Shown here: positions 50,973 to 62,000 of the stretch, one piece after another
How positions within the stretch are numbered: the stretch's first letter is position 1
How the letters are laid out: every line of letters begins with the position of its first letter
Assembly: GCF_004010195.1 (NCBI RefSeq)
Contig: NC_057750.1
Coordinates: 18,452,542-18,514,541, forward strand
Reading direction: 5' to 3'
DNA length: 62,000 bases
From: Chiloscyllium plagiosum
Taxonomy: Eukaryota
Program-made: the position numbers and the translations under genes
Notes under the pieces: generated by a model
What the model was told of the DNA's origin: nothing
The model's input: the letters and a program-made list of their open reading frames with translations, nothing else
The model's database searches: none

Positions 50973-53502
50973 TGAACAAAAGAAAACAGAATTTAGAATA
51001 ACTTAACTGCTGGAAAACTTAACTGACCTGATACAGTAACTATTACTAATTAGCTGTTCCAATACAGTAATATCCTGCAAACACACACCTTGGCAAAAAG
51101 ACATTCAGACAAAGATTCTTGCAGCAGGAGGGAATAACATCCAAAGAGAGATCTCAGAAGAAGGTCCGAGGAGTTCTTTACTGTAGCTTGCAACTCCCCT
51201 GGACTCTCACATATTGTGACTGCTATAGCTAAAACAAGCTGGGAAAAAGACCTGAACTAGGAGAACTGGCCAATCCCCTTCCATTGTTAAACTAGTCTTC
51301 AGCATCTTTGTCTTCATGACCACTTGAAAAAAATCAAGCACAAAATAATCTTTTTAAAGTGACAGCATTGTTACACCTCCCCACCTTTAAAAAAATGAAC
51401 CATCAATATACAAGGATAGCTTCATTTTAAACCCTTTAGTCATACTCAGTTAATACACTACAACACATATTTATTACATTGACCCTAGGCATGCAAACAA
51501 ACATTCACTACAACATTCTATTTCAGTCCATTTACTCTGCCACTGAACACCACTGTTTTTCATCCAAGTCTTGACAATACGACAGCAATTATGTTTTCTC
51601 ATCTTGCAACATGTATAATTTTCAAATTTAATGGCTGCAGTAATAAGCTCCATCTAAACAGTCTGGAATTTGTGTCCTTAAATTTCTCCAAACACTTTAA
51701 TGGGTTATGATCAGCACATATAATTGTCTGAAGACACATTGCTGGCAATATAAATGTGGAAATGTTGTTTCGCCGAGCTCAAAGTCTCCTTCTCAATTTC
51801 GGAATATTTCTGCTGATTGTATTCAATTTCCTGAAGAAATATTTGACCAGTCTTCCTATCTTTTCATCATCTTCTTGTAAGAGTACAGCACTGATACCTA
51901 CATTGATAGCAACCTCGAATGGATTTATGTAATTAGTGTAGCTAATATTGGGCCCATAGTTAACTCAGCTTTCAGGCTATCAAATGCCTTCTGACATTCC
52001 TCTGTCAAATGAAATTTTATGTGCTTCTTCAATAATTCATTGGAGCAGCCACACTGCTAAAATTTGGTACAAATTTCCAATAAAACCTCATTGAGGAATC
52101 ATATTTCTGCTCTCTTCACCCCCCCCCCCCCCCATACCTTAGTTTTCACATTCTGTGAGGTCATCTGTCAATGTCTGATAACATGGCTCAGAAACCTGAC
52201 TTGGACTTTGCGAATTCACTCTTAGCCAGGTTTATCACCAAGCTGGCCCCCTGAAGTCGATAGAATAATTGGGAGAAATGCTGGAAATGTTCCCTCCATG
52301 TGTGACTAAAATAATCACCAAGTCATTGACATATACCACACAATTGGTTAATCCAAAAATGACTTTATTGGTTAGTCTTTGAAATGTGGATGGTGCACTT
52401 TCTTACCAAATGGCATGACTTTAAATTGGTATAGTTCATTCAGTGTTAGAAAAGCTGCAACACACTTCGATTATGTTGTCTTGGAGCAGATCTTCAATCT
52501 CTTTTTGCACCGGCACCAACTTTAGAGGGTTAGGTCTATAAGGATGTTGCTTCAATGGAACAGCACTTCCTGTAATTAAATCATGCATTATTAGATTAGT
52601 ACTTCCCACATATCTCCCCATGCAATGGTAATAATCTTTCAGGTCACTTCGATTTTACTCTGGAAAGTAACTCAATAATTTATCCCAATTTTTGACAACT
52701 TCTTCATTGTCCAATTGAATTTGATAAATGTCCAATTCAAAATCCTCTGTACTTGTTTCTTCACTTTGTGTTGTAACCAGAAACACATTCTCCTTTTGCT
52801 TTCCTTCCCTGTCAAAATACCTTCTGAGCATATTCACAAGACATACTCTGCGAGATTTCTTTCTGTCTAGAATACTTACCAAATAGTTCACCTCACTCAA
52901 TCTCCTTTTGATTTCATAAGGTCCACTAAATCTTGCTTGTAAATGTTCACCTATCACTGGAATTAACACTAACATCTCTGGTAGCAAAATTATGAGTTTT
53001 TGATTTCTTGTTTACTTTCTGTTTCATCATATGCTGCAATGGTTTTAAAAACTTTCTAGCCAACGCCCCCACTCTATTTAATCATTCTTTAAAATTTGAC
53101 ACATTGTACAAGTATTTGATCTCTGAATTCCTGCTCACCAATTTCTCCTTAATAAATTTCAGTGGTCCTTCTCACATCATGCCCAAAAATGAATTCAAAT
53201 GGACTGAAGTTGGTCGATTCATTGGTGCATGCCTGATGGCAATAAGTATGAACAGAATTCCTTTATCCCAATCATCTGGATAGTCTTAACTATAAGCCCT
53301 TAACATGATCTTTAAAGTTTGATGCCACCTTTCTAACGTTCCTTGTGATTCCAGATGGTACGCAGTGGATTTGATTTGTTTTTATCCTAAGCCATCCATA
53401 ACGTATTTGAATAATGTAAAATGTTAATGTAAAATTTGACCCTTGATCTGATTGTATCTCTGTGGGTAGTCAGTATCTAGTGAAAAATTTGAGTAACTTT
53501 TC

Positions 53503-53979
53503 TGTTGACTCAGAAATCTCAGACCACACTTAAGTTACAAACAGAACACATTTGATTGCAACTAAGATGGCGAGAGGTCAATAGTCAACAATTCAGAATA
53601 TCAGTCATAGATATCCCTGAATATACTAATAAAAGAACTCTGATTTCTAACAGAAAGGCAGCATATTTTATAGCCCTTAATTAAAAGTTTTGCATGTTTC
53701 ATTCCCACACAATGTAATGTTAAGTTCTCATAAGTAAAAGTAGATAAAGCAAGCCAGTTAACAATGTTCTGTTGAACAGCCTAATTATAGTACTCAGAAG
53801 AAGCATATATGGAAACATCTCCAAGGTTATGCAGAGACTCATACATTCTTGCAATTCATTTTCTCATGGTCACTGTAACAGCAGCTGCTATTTTTAACTT
53901 GTAAGGCAATTTTTTTTATTGCAAAATAAAGACTTACAAAATGGAAACTTATAACTATTAATTCCCCAAAACTTTATCA
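53503..53979 (-). repeat. ERV1 3' LTR
   Basis: TG...CA on the minus strand, preceded by PPT aaaaggaggaaa (53980-53991). TATAAAA on the minus strand near 53666-53672. Confidence 0.88.
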
Positions 53980-53999
53980 TTTCCTCCTTTTGATCATTT

Positions 54000-55250
54000 T
54001 AGGATCAACCAGGCCATTCCTAAAGCCTATAATGACAGCAACCAGATATCAGTGACCATAAGCATTTGAATGTGAGAATGCAGGCGATTACAGTAATGTA
54101 GTCCCAAAGTGGAAAAACATGCCCCTAATATTCCCAAAGCAACCCTTAGATGGCCACCATCCTCTAAGACTACTGAACACACCATAATCTACATCGCTGA
54201 ATTTCTGGACATCCTGGCTAATGTGCTTGGAGAGATCAGTGATATTGGAGGATCTGTCAGGAATAAAGGTACAACATGCCTTTCCTACAATGGCACAAGT
54301 GCCACCCTCCTTAGCGAGTAGAAAGTCCAAGGCCAAACGATTCTGAAGGGTAACTGTCCTGATCGCAAACAGTTCAGCATTGATGTTAGTCAGGCATTTA
54401 CAGTATTATTGGCAATGATATCCAGTATTTTCCTTAACCTACTTAATTCATTGTCCTGCAAATGGAGTCCAATGAGGGGGAAGCCATCCCAATAAGGCTA
54501 AGGAGACCGGGGAGGTACCTCTTGGTCCTTGGGGGGTGAAAGTAACTCATCTAAATGAGAGCAACTATACACCCTATATAACATGATCCCCACCAGTCTG
54601 AGGGGAGCCACGGATAGGCTTTGTGTCCACAAATAAAAGACATGCCTTTATAGATGGTTAGGCTAGAACAAGTTCTCCAAGCCCTGGGAGTCGGGCTATT
54701 CCAGAGGCACCCTAATGTTTTATTAAGGACGGCAGACCAATCAAACAAAAAAAAACAAATTTAGTCAAATTTTGGTTAAGTTTAATTCATGGGATAGTGA
54801 AAGGAGTATTAACTAGTCCCTATATATAAGCCACTGGAGAAATTCCTATCTTTACTATAGCAAATTGTGTCATTAATTATATTATTAAGGAATACCAGGA
54901 AAGGACGTTTATGGGATCAGTTGTAGCCAGGTTGGTACCAATCCCTGAAAAGGGTCATCTCATATCCTGCTGACTGCCATTGTTGAACTTCTTTAACTCT
55001 GTCTGAGTCATCAGAACAGTCCTGGCGTATTAGCCATTCGATCACCTCAGGCCAGCTAAAGGTAAGGAGACCGGGCAGGACACAAAGGAGTACCCTCCCT
55101 ATGAATAAGGTGGCGTATAAGCACATACCCAAAAATCAGTTACTTTTCCCATCATTTGGGCACTTTGATAAGCCAACTATAAAAAGGTATTATGAAATAT
55201 AGATTGTCCTGGTCACCCTCCCGGGGACAAAGTACTGTCAGCATGAAAGC
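54000..55250 (-). pseudogene. env: Retroviral envelope pseudogene (gamma-type Env)
   Basis: SU TDFWVC (decayed CxxC) near 55122-55140; FICGHKAYPWLPSDWWGSCYIG; furin site RTKR near 54518-54529; ISD LQNRLALDFLLAKEGG; CAIVGKACC (CX6CC). Contains stops and frameshifts. Confidence 0.9.
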
Positions 55251-55289
55251 CTTCTGTTCCCCCAATGTCTTCAAAGTCACCAGTATCCA

Positions 55290-56140
55290 ATACATTTTTT
55301 CTTAGTCCTTGTCTGTTCCTTCATTGGCAGTCTGTTCAATGGATTCAGTGGAGTTGTCCTTGCACCTTCACGGCCATGGGGTGGTCAGAAACACCTGAAA
55401 CGATCCTTTCTGCCTCGGCTCCGATTTTCCCTGATCCCAATTCTTAATCAGGACAAAATCTCCAGGTTCTACAGTAGGGTAGTCTCCCTAAAATGATAGG
55501 CTCAGTGTACCTGTGAATGTGAACTTTGAGGAGTTTTCATTAACTCATGCAGATATTTTCCCACTTTTTCATGGCTGGTGTAGCAGTATTATCAGTCATT
55601 GGGATTGCTTCGATCCATCTACTGAATACACCTACTATTATCAGACAATATTAACAACGATGTACTATAAGTAATTCTATAAAATCAAGTTGTAGACAAG
55701 TAAAAGGCCCACTAGGCAAGAGGGTGGTTCCAGAATCACAGGGCATTCCTTATCCAGTATTCATCTTTTTGCAAATCAAACATCGTTCAGCTCTTTTCTC
55801 AGCTGCTTTCCGGAAATCCAGGTGCCACCATGTTTGTAATAAAGTATTAACCATTCCCTCCTTGCCCAAGTGTGTACAGTTGTGCATATAACCATTAAGA
55901 TAAGCAGGAGCAACGAAGAAACACAAACTTGTCACGCAGGGGTAACCCACAGCTTGGTTTGAGTATTGAGAGAGCCCCCAACTTGAGTCCATAGTTTGTC
56001 CTCCTCAGCAGGGGCTTTCCCCTGTACATTCTGTACCTGGTCCTATTCAACCCCGTCAGGGCTGGCACATGCTGTATCAGGATCATGAGTTGCTGGACAT
56101 ATTTGTTTTTTACCTGTAACTTGGCTCATGTGTTGTGCTT
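55290..56140 (-). pseudogene. pol: Retroviral pol remnant (integrase N- and C-terminal parts, core partly deleted)
   Basis: HNCTHLG...CLICKK (HHCC zinc finger, ORF 55750-55992); GPFTCLQLDFIEL; VFSRWIEAIP; then a jump to the C-terminal region near 55560. Confidence 0.8.
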
Positions 56141-56274
56141 GTTCTGTCTATCCCAGTAGAAAACCACCGTTCACCTCATTAGCAACTGGGAATACTTGGA
56201 CCAATTCGGATTGGTTGTCCAGACTAATCAGCGAGACCAAAAGGAATATAGCAAAAGCATAACGTTAAACAAAA

Positions 56275-58782
56275 GTGAAGGTATGTGGAGGTGAATTCAG
56301 TGGAGCAGGCTGAGTGATAGGTCAGCTGGGGTAGTCAGGCTTGTGGACCTTGGGTAGGAGGTAGAACTGTTTGGGGTTCCTGAACTATAAGGTTGGAAAC
56401 TGTGGGTGGGAGATCCCCTGAGGTGATGAGGTTGTGTATGGTCTGAGAGATGATGGTTTGTGATGGGAGATGAGGTCGTGGTTGAGCGGGTGGTAAGAGG
56501 AGGTGTCTTCAAGTTGGCACCTGGCTTCAATAGTGTAGAGGTCAGTGAGCCAAACTATCACTGCACTCCACTTGTCCGGTGGTTTAATAGTGAGGTTGGG
56601 GTTGAAACAGAAGGAGCGGAGGACTGCATGTTGTGTGAGGTTGGAGTGGGTGAGGGGAGTGGAGAGGTTGAGGCGGTCAACGTCTCAGTGGCAGTTGGAA
56701 ATGAAGAGGTTGAGGGTGCGGAACAGACCGGCACAGGATGTCCAGGTAGATGGAATGTGTTGGAGGCGAGTGAAGGGGTCCTCAGAAGGTGGGTGGGAGT
56801 CTTGATTGAAAAAGTAAGCTCAGAGGTGGAGGCAGCAGAAGAAGTGTTCAACATCACAATGCGTGTTGAATTCTGTGAATATAGGGGGGTGGAGGTAAGG
56901 TTTTTGCTAAGGACTGATCGTTCGTCCTCAGTGAGGGAAAGGTCTGAGGGGATAGTGAAAACTGCATGGCTGGGACCTAGGATCTGGTATAGGGCTAGAG
57001 CAGGGAGCAGGGCCAGAGATTGTAACTAGAGTGGGTGTGGTAATGGGACTAGGGGTGACAACATTTGCGGATGTGATGCTCACCCCAGGGTTCTTGGGGG
57101 CGAAGGTGGTGACACTGGGATCTGCGGGGGGTGGGGGCATGTCGGCGGTGTACAGGTGAGTGGCTTCAGTGGGGCCAGACGTGGTTGTGACAATGGCAGC
57201 TGCAGGGATGGAAGTGGCGGAATGCATAGCGTTGGTGATGGCGAAGGGGGCAGAAATGGCTGTGGCAGCGGCCACAAAGTGGGCGGACATCGTGGAGCAT
57301 GTGGTGTGGCTGATGTTGGGGGAGGTGGAAGTGATTGCGGCAGTGGCAACAGAGGGGCCGTGTTGTTCTGGTTGAGCCTTGCATTGGTCTTGGCGGCAGC
57401 GGATCTCATTGTGGTCACAGCAGCAGTTGTCTGGCTGGCAGTCGCAGAGACGGCTGCGGGCTGTCGGATGGTGGGAAGGAGATGACATCATCGTTCGCTG
57501 TGGTGATGATGGCTGGCAAAACCTTGTGGCTGATGGTGGCCGAGTAGTTCTGGAGGCCGGTGAAGCTTCTGGAATGTTCAAGGAATGCTGACCATTGAGG
57601 TGGGTATATGAAAGTTTGTTGTACTTACAATCTTTGGTGTTTGATATGGTGTAGAAAAAGCATTTGTTAAGTGTGTGAATTCTTCTGAGGATGTAATACA
57701 GTAGCGATCCTTTGCAGTTCTGAGACAGTGTGGCCCTCAGTTGAGGCAGGGCTGATTGTAGAGACAAGGTGGGGGCGCATGGCTGTGTGTGTAGAGCGGA
57801 GGATCCAGAAGGAGAACCATTGCTGGAGATTTTGAATTTGTAGTCTGTACTGATTGTCCTGTTCAGATCCAAATTATGTTGGTCTGAATGTGGTCCGGAG
57901 TCCATGTTGGATCAGTTGATTCCATAGGCAGGCATCTAGGAAGGAGATGTGACTGTGGTAGCGAGTCTGTTTCAGGGTGTGGCTGAAGAGCTTCAGGGCA
58001 GAGGAGATGACCTGGGGGTTGCAGTGAGACAGAGACTTACTGAGATCTTTGTAGAGAGGGGAGGAAAGCTTCTTCAAGGTGGGCATCCTTGGAAATGAAT
58101 TCACAGTAAGGTTAAAATCAACTCGGCAAAAGTGAGTACTGCAGATAGATGCTGGAGATCAAAGTCAAGATTAGAGTGGTGCTGGAAAAGCACAGCAGGT
58201 CAGGCAGCATTGGACAGATGAGACAGGCCATGAGGACAGTGCTAAGCTGTAAGGTTGGCACTGGGGTTAGGTGGGGGGAGGGGAAATGAGGAAACTAGTG
58301 ATATCCACGTTGATGCCATGGGGTTGGAGGGTCCTGAGGCGAAGATGAATCGTTCTTTTTCCAGGCCTCAGGTGGTAAGGGAGTGATGATGGAGGAGGCC
58401 CAGGACTTGCATGTCCTCGGCAGAGTGAGAGGGAGAGTTGAGGTGTTCGGTCATGAGGTGGTACAGTTGGTTGGTACCGGTGTCCCAGAGATATTCTTTG
58501 AAGAGCTCTGTGAGTAGGCGTCCTGTCTCTGCAATGTAGAGGAGACCACATTGGAAGCAACGGACAGAGTAAATGACATGTGTGGAAGTGCAGGTGAAAC
58601 TTTGATGGATGGGGAAGGCTCCTTTGGGGCCTTAAATGGAGATGAGGGGTGTGGGGGGTGTGGGCGCAGGTTTTGCAATTCCTGTAGTGGCAGGGGAAGG
58701 TGCTGGGAGGGGATGGTGGGTTGCTGAAGGGCGTGGATCTGAGGAAGTAGTCATGGAGGGAACAGTCTTTATGGAAAGCGGT
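56275..58782 (-). mobile_element. Penelope-like element in partial-tandem form (GIY-YIG 3' end, pLTR, ORF N-terminus, start of RT), inserted in ERV1
   Basis: VIYSVRCFQCGLLYIAETGR near 58520-58580; pLTR about 58127-58212; ORF start MPTLKKLSS...HISFLDACL (57874-58104); TIKPPDK near 56570-56590; FYLLPKVHKP near 56340-56367. Confidence 0.85.
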
Positions 58783-58877
58783 AAAAACAAACCAGAGGGG
58801 CCCCCCAACCACTGTGTAGTGTCTGATTCAAACTCTTGATCACTTAGTCAGCCTAGAGAAATGTTCCTTATGTTGAG

Positions 58878-58895
58878 AAATGAGTTACAGTACCA
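58878..58895 (-). promoter_or_regulatory. Degenerate tRNA-His primer binding site of ERV1
   Basis: tggtactgtaactcattt, 3 nt after the 5' LTR, compared with the tRNA-His PBS TGGTGCCGTGACTCGGAT. Most differences are transitions. Confidence 0.6.
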
Positions 58896-58898
58896 AAA

Positions 58899-59351
58899 TA
58901 TTGACTCAGAAATTCTCAGACCACATGTAAGTTACAAACAGAACACACCTTATTGCAATTAAGCTGGCAAGAGATCAGTCATAAATATCCCCGAATATGC
59001 TCATAAAAGATCTCCGATTTCTAACAGAAAGGCAGCATATTTTATAGCCCTTAAGTGCATAACAATTTCACATGTTTCATTCCCACACAATATAAAGTTA
59101 AGTTCTCGTAAAAGTAGATAAAGCAAACCGATTAACAATGTTCTATTGCTCAGCTTAATCATAGTACTGGGAAAAAGTATATACAGAAACATCTCCAAGG
59201 TTATGCAGAGATTCCTGCATTCTTGCAATTCATGTTCTCATGGTCACTGTGACTGCAGCTGCCATTTTGAACGTGTAAGGCAAATTATTATTGCAAAATA
59301 GAAACTTACAAAATGGAGACTTTCAACCATTGATTCCCAAATACTTTGTCA
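58899..59351 (-). repeat. ERV1 5' LTR
   Basis: Direct repeat of 53503-53979, roughly 85% identical by eye, with one indel of about 22 bp. Followed by TSD cttc. Confidence 0.88.
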
Positions 59352-59568
59352 CTTCTACAATCCTTTTAGCTGTGAAATGGAATGGCCTCTGCAAATCTAG
59401 TGGACCCATCTATTATTGACAATAAATACTGATTCTCACTCTTTGTTTTCGGTATGTGTCCTATGCAATCAATTAAGACCCTCATAAAAAGGTTCCACAA
59501 ATGCAGGAATTAAAAGTGTTGGTTTTATGACTGCCTGAGGTTTTCCAATGACCTGACATGTATGACAT

Positions 59569-59861
59569 TAGATTACTTACAGTGTGGAACCAGGCCATTC
59601 GGCCCAACAAGTCCACCCCGACTGTCTGGACATCAACCCACCCAGACCCATTCCCCTATACCTAACACTACGGTCAATTTAGCATGGCCAATTCACCTAA
59701 ACTACACATTTTTGGACTGTGGGAGGAAACCAGGGCACCCGGAGGAAACCCACGCAGAAATGGGGAGAATGTGCAAACTCCACACAGACAGTTGCCTGAG
59801 GCAGGAATTGAACCCGGGTCTCTGGCGCTGTGAGGAAGCAGTGCTAGCCACTGTGCTGCCC
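59569..59861 (-). mobile_element. HE1-type SINE inserted in Gypsy 3 integrase
   Basis: Reverse complement homologous to 48312-48613; flanked by acat on both sides. Confidence 0.92.
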
Positions 59862-61357
59862 ACATCTGGCAAAATTCAACTACATCCTTATGCAGTCCAG
59901 GCCAGCAAAAATGTTGTTGTATTTTAGCCTGAGTTTTTCTTATCCCTAAATGACCTCCTAGTGATAATTTGCGTGCTACCCACAACACCTCCTTTCTATA
60001 ACCCCCACTGGCAATATAACTTGATGAACTTGTGCCCATTTCTCATCTGTATGAATATGTGATGGTCTCTCATTTCTGAATCAAGAAATCGTTTTTAAGA
60101 TAATGACATTCAGTAATAGATTCAGATTCTTCTTCTGTGTACACTTTTTGATAAAATTGCTTAATTTTTAAAATCTTAATTTTTCAAATTAACTTAGTTA
60201 ACTTCTTTGAACTAAAAATATCCACATCGTCCTCCACCAGTTCTTGTTTTGGCTTAACCATTCCATCAAACATGGTCTCTGATAATTCTAGTTCAACTTC
60301 CTTATCTGTGTTCTTTGATGTCTCTTGCTGTTTCAATTGGTGACTTTGTGACCTTGTTATCACACGGTCAGGAAAACTTCCAGGATATACTTCCTGTAAT
60401 ATCTTGAGTGGCCTGATTTTTCACTGGCTTTTCAACCATAGTAGGCAGCACTCCTCCCTGTGATCCAGCTATATTTTTACCGAGGACAAATTGTATTCCT
60501 GGAGTCAAACGTTTCTCCAGTACTTCTCCCACCATTTCTCCACTTTTCCCCAGATGCTCCGACCTCACTACATTACGGAGCACTTCTCAACTTACTGTGA
60601 AATCCATGTGCTAGCACTTTTTCGGGCAATAGTCCTTCTGAGTTACATATCTTCTCATCCCTCAACGTCAACAATTGACATGATCTTATATCTCTTAATA
60701 CTGTCACTTCTTTACCTGCAGCTCCTCACCAATGCATGTAAACCTTACTTTGTAAGAAAATGGTTTAAGAAGATCTGGCACTTCCTTCTCAACCAGACTC
60801 TGACCAGGTTGTGCATTCTAGTGCAGCTTTTTAGATTCCATTGTGTTTTCCTTTACCACTTGAACAAAATTCACTGGCTTATCCTGTTTTCCTACATCTG
60901 TCTTCCTGGTGCTTTTTCAAAACCAGCAACACTGTGACTTCATGTGGCCTTACTTTATTGTAGTGAAAATACCTCAGCCTTTTAACTTCTCTTTCCCCTT
61001 TCATGGGTTTCCTTTTAACCCTGTGATAAGCTATCTTTACTATCTTCACTGAAATCTACTTTTCTCTTACCACCTGCGGACTTTTCTTTTCCCTAATTTC
61101 TATCCCTCACAGATTGAAATTGATGTCGGAAGCCAAACTTTGATGTATGAACTAACTCATAAACACCAGCCAAGTTGCCATTTTAACTCACTGCTCTTCC
61201 ACATGAATTCCCACAACCTCAGAAATGAATTTTTGAACTCCTACAAAATATTCGTCTCTTTAAAAGCTCCATTTGTTTGATATACCTATCAAAATTACTT
61301 GGCTTGATTCTTTAAAGCTCAATGTACGCTTGACCAGTGTCCCTCCTTAGATTAAAT

Positions 61358-61454
61358 AGGAGAAAGTGAGGACTGCAGATGCTGGAGATCAGAGGTGAAA
61401 AATGTGTTGCTGGAAAAGCGCAGCAGGTCAGGCAGCATCCAAGAAGCAGGAGAA
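61358..61454 (-). mobile_element. Penelope pLTR fragment in Gypsy 3 gag
   Basis: aggagaaagtgaggactgcagatgctggagatc...gcaggagaa, the same family as 30240-30338. It appears to replace part of gag. Confidence 0.85.
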
Positions 61455-62000
61455 CCATTTGTTTAGCCACTTTCTTGAATGAAAGGAAAAAGGCCTCTAT
61501 AGCTTCTTCATCAAATTTAGGCAAAGCTTGAATATATTTAAACAGATTCCCACCAGGCCTTTGACGAAAATGGATTTGCTCATCATCACTATTCTCTTTC
61601 TCCTCACTAGGCTGACCTAAAAGCTTCACCTCCATCCTTTTACATTGACTTTCCTCTCTTAAGTGCCAACTTCTGAAGTTCAAATTCTTTTACTCCCTTT
61701 CCTGTCTCTCTTTCGCCATTTCCTCTCTCTCACTCCCTTTCCCTTTTGTTTGCTTTTTGTTCTGCCAAAGTGATTCTTTCTTTTTCTCTTTCCTATGCTT
61801 TTCACCGTAATTCAAACTATTTCAGTTCCTTTTCATGTTCAAGCTGCTTCATCTACAATTGAATTTGAGCCATTTCTGCTGACATCTCCAGCAAATGCAA
61901 ATGTTGAGCTATTGTTGTAATTACCTCTCCTTTTCTCACAGACAAATCCAGATTGTCTGCCGATTCCAACAGCTATGCCTGCTCACCTTTTGTAAAAGCC

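Larger units (their letters stand above)
53503..59351 (-). mobile_element. Defective endogenous retrovirus 1 (epsilon/gamma-like): LTR-leader-IN remnant-env-LTR
   Basis: LTRs at 53503-53979 and 58899-59351; 4-bp TSD tttc/cttc; PPT; His-like PBS; integrase zinc finger and env motifs. Confidence 0.9.
50973..62000 (-). mobile_element. Gmr1-like Gypsy element 3, interrupted by an ERV, a SINE and a PLE fragment; runs off the window end
   Basis: Truncated 3' LTR at 50973-51375 followed by PPT cctccccacctt. RH/RT at 51560-52620. INT at 52655-53502 and 59356-60100 (GHLGIRKTQAKIQQHFCWPGL). PR about 60370-60750. gag about 60900-62000 (ALPKFDEEAIEAFFLSF). Confidence 0.9.

Noticed and set aside
52099..52113. 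Poly-C run as a regulatory G-quadruplex
   Set aside because: A homopolymer expansion inside decayed Gypsy RT, with no further support.
54000..55250. Domesticated syncytin-like env gene
   Set aside because: Multiple stops and frameshifts and a mutated CxxC; this copy is a pseudogene.
56460..57029. 189-aa plus-strand ORF
   Set aside because: Antisense shadow of the PLE RT region.

Overview
Repeat-dense eukaryotic genomic DNA, most likely from an elasmobranch (shark or ray), inferred from HE1-type tRNA-derived SINEs and HER1/CR1-type LINE tails. I found no convincing host protein-coding exon, and nearly all listed ORFs are decayed retroelement fragments. Main content: (i) many CR1-type LINE fragments, a second jockey-group LINE family and a Rex1/Babar LINE; (ii) three Gmr1-like Ty3/Gypsy LTR retrotransposons with PR-INT-RT-RH order, one complete with both LTRs, PBS, PPT and a 4-bp TSD (10229-16764); (iii) older conventional Gypsy relics; (iv) two endogenous retrovirus relics, one a two-LTR provirus with a degenerate tRNA-His PBS, integrase remnant and gamma-type env but no visible gag/PR/RT (53503-59351); (v) Penelope-like elements (PLEs), including three young fold-back mini-insertions with 13-14 bp TSDs that carry minimal hammerhead ribozyme motifs; (vi) 45-bp and 53-bp minisatellites. 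The best novelty candidates are a 202-nt tandem hammerhead unit (retrozyme-like mini-PLE, 28130-28549), the env-bearing defective epsilon-like ERV, a deep TE nest at 44-62 kb and a strong minus-strand orientation bias. Boundaries of old elements are approximate and identities were judged by eye; no database search was run.
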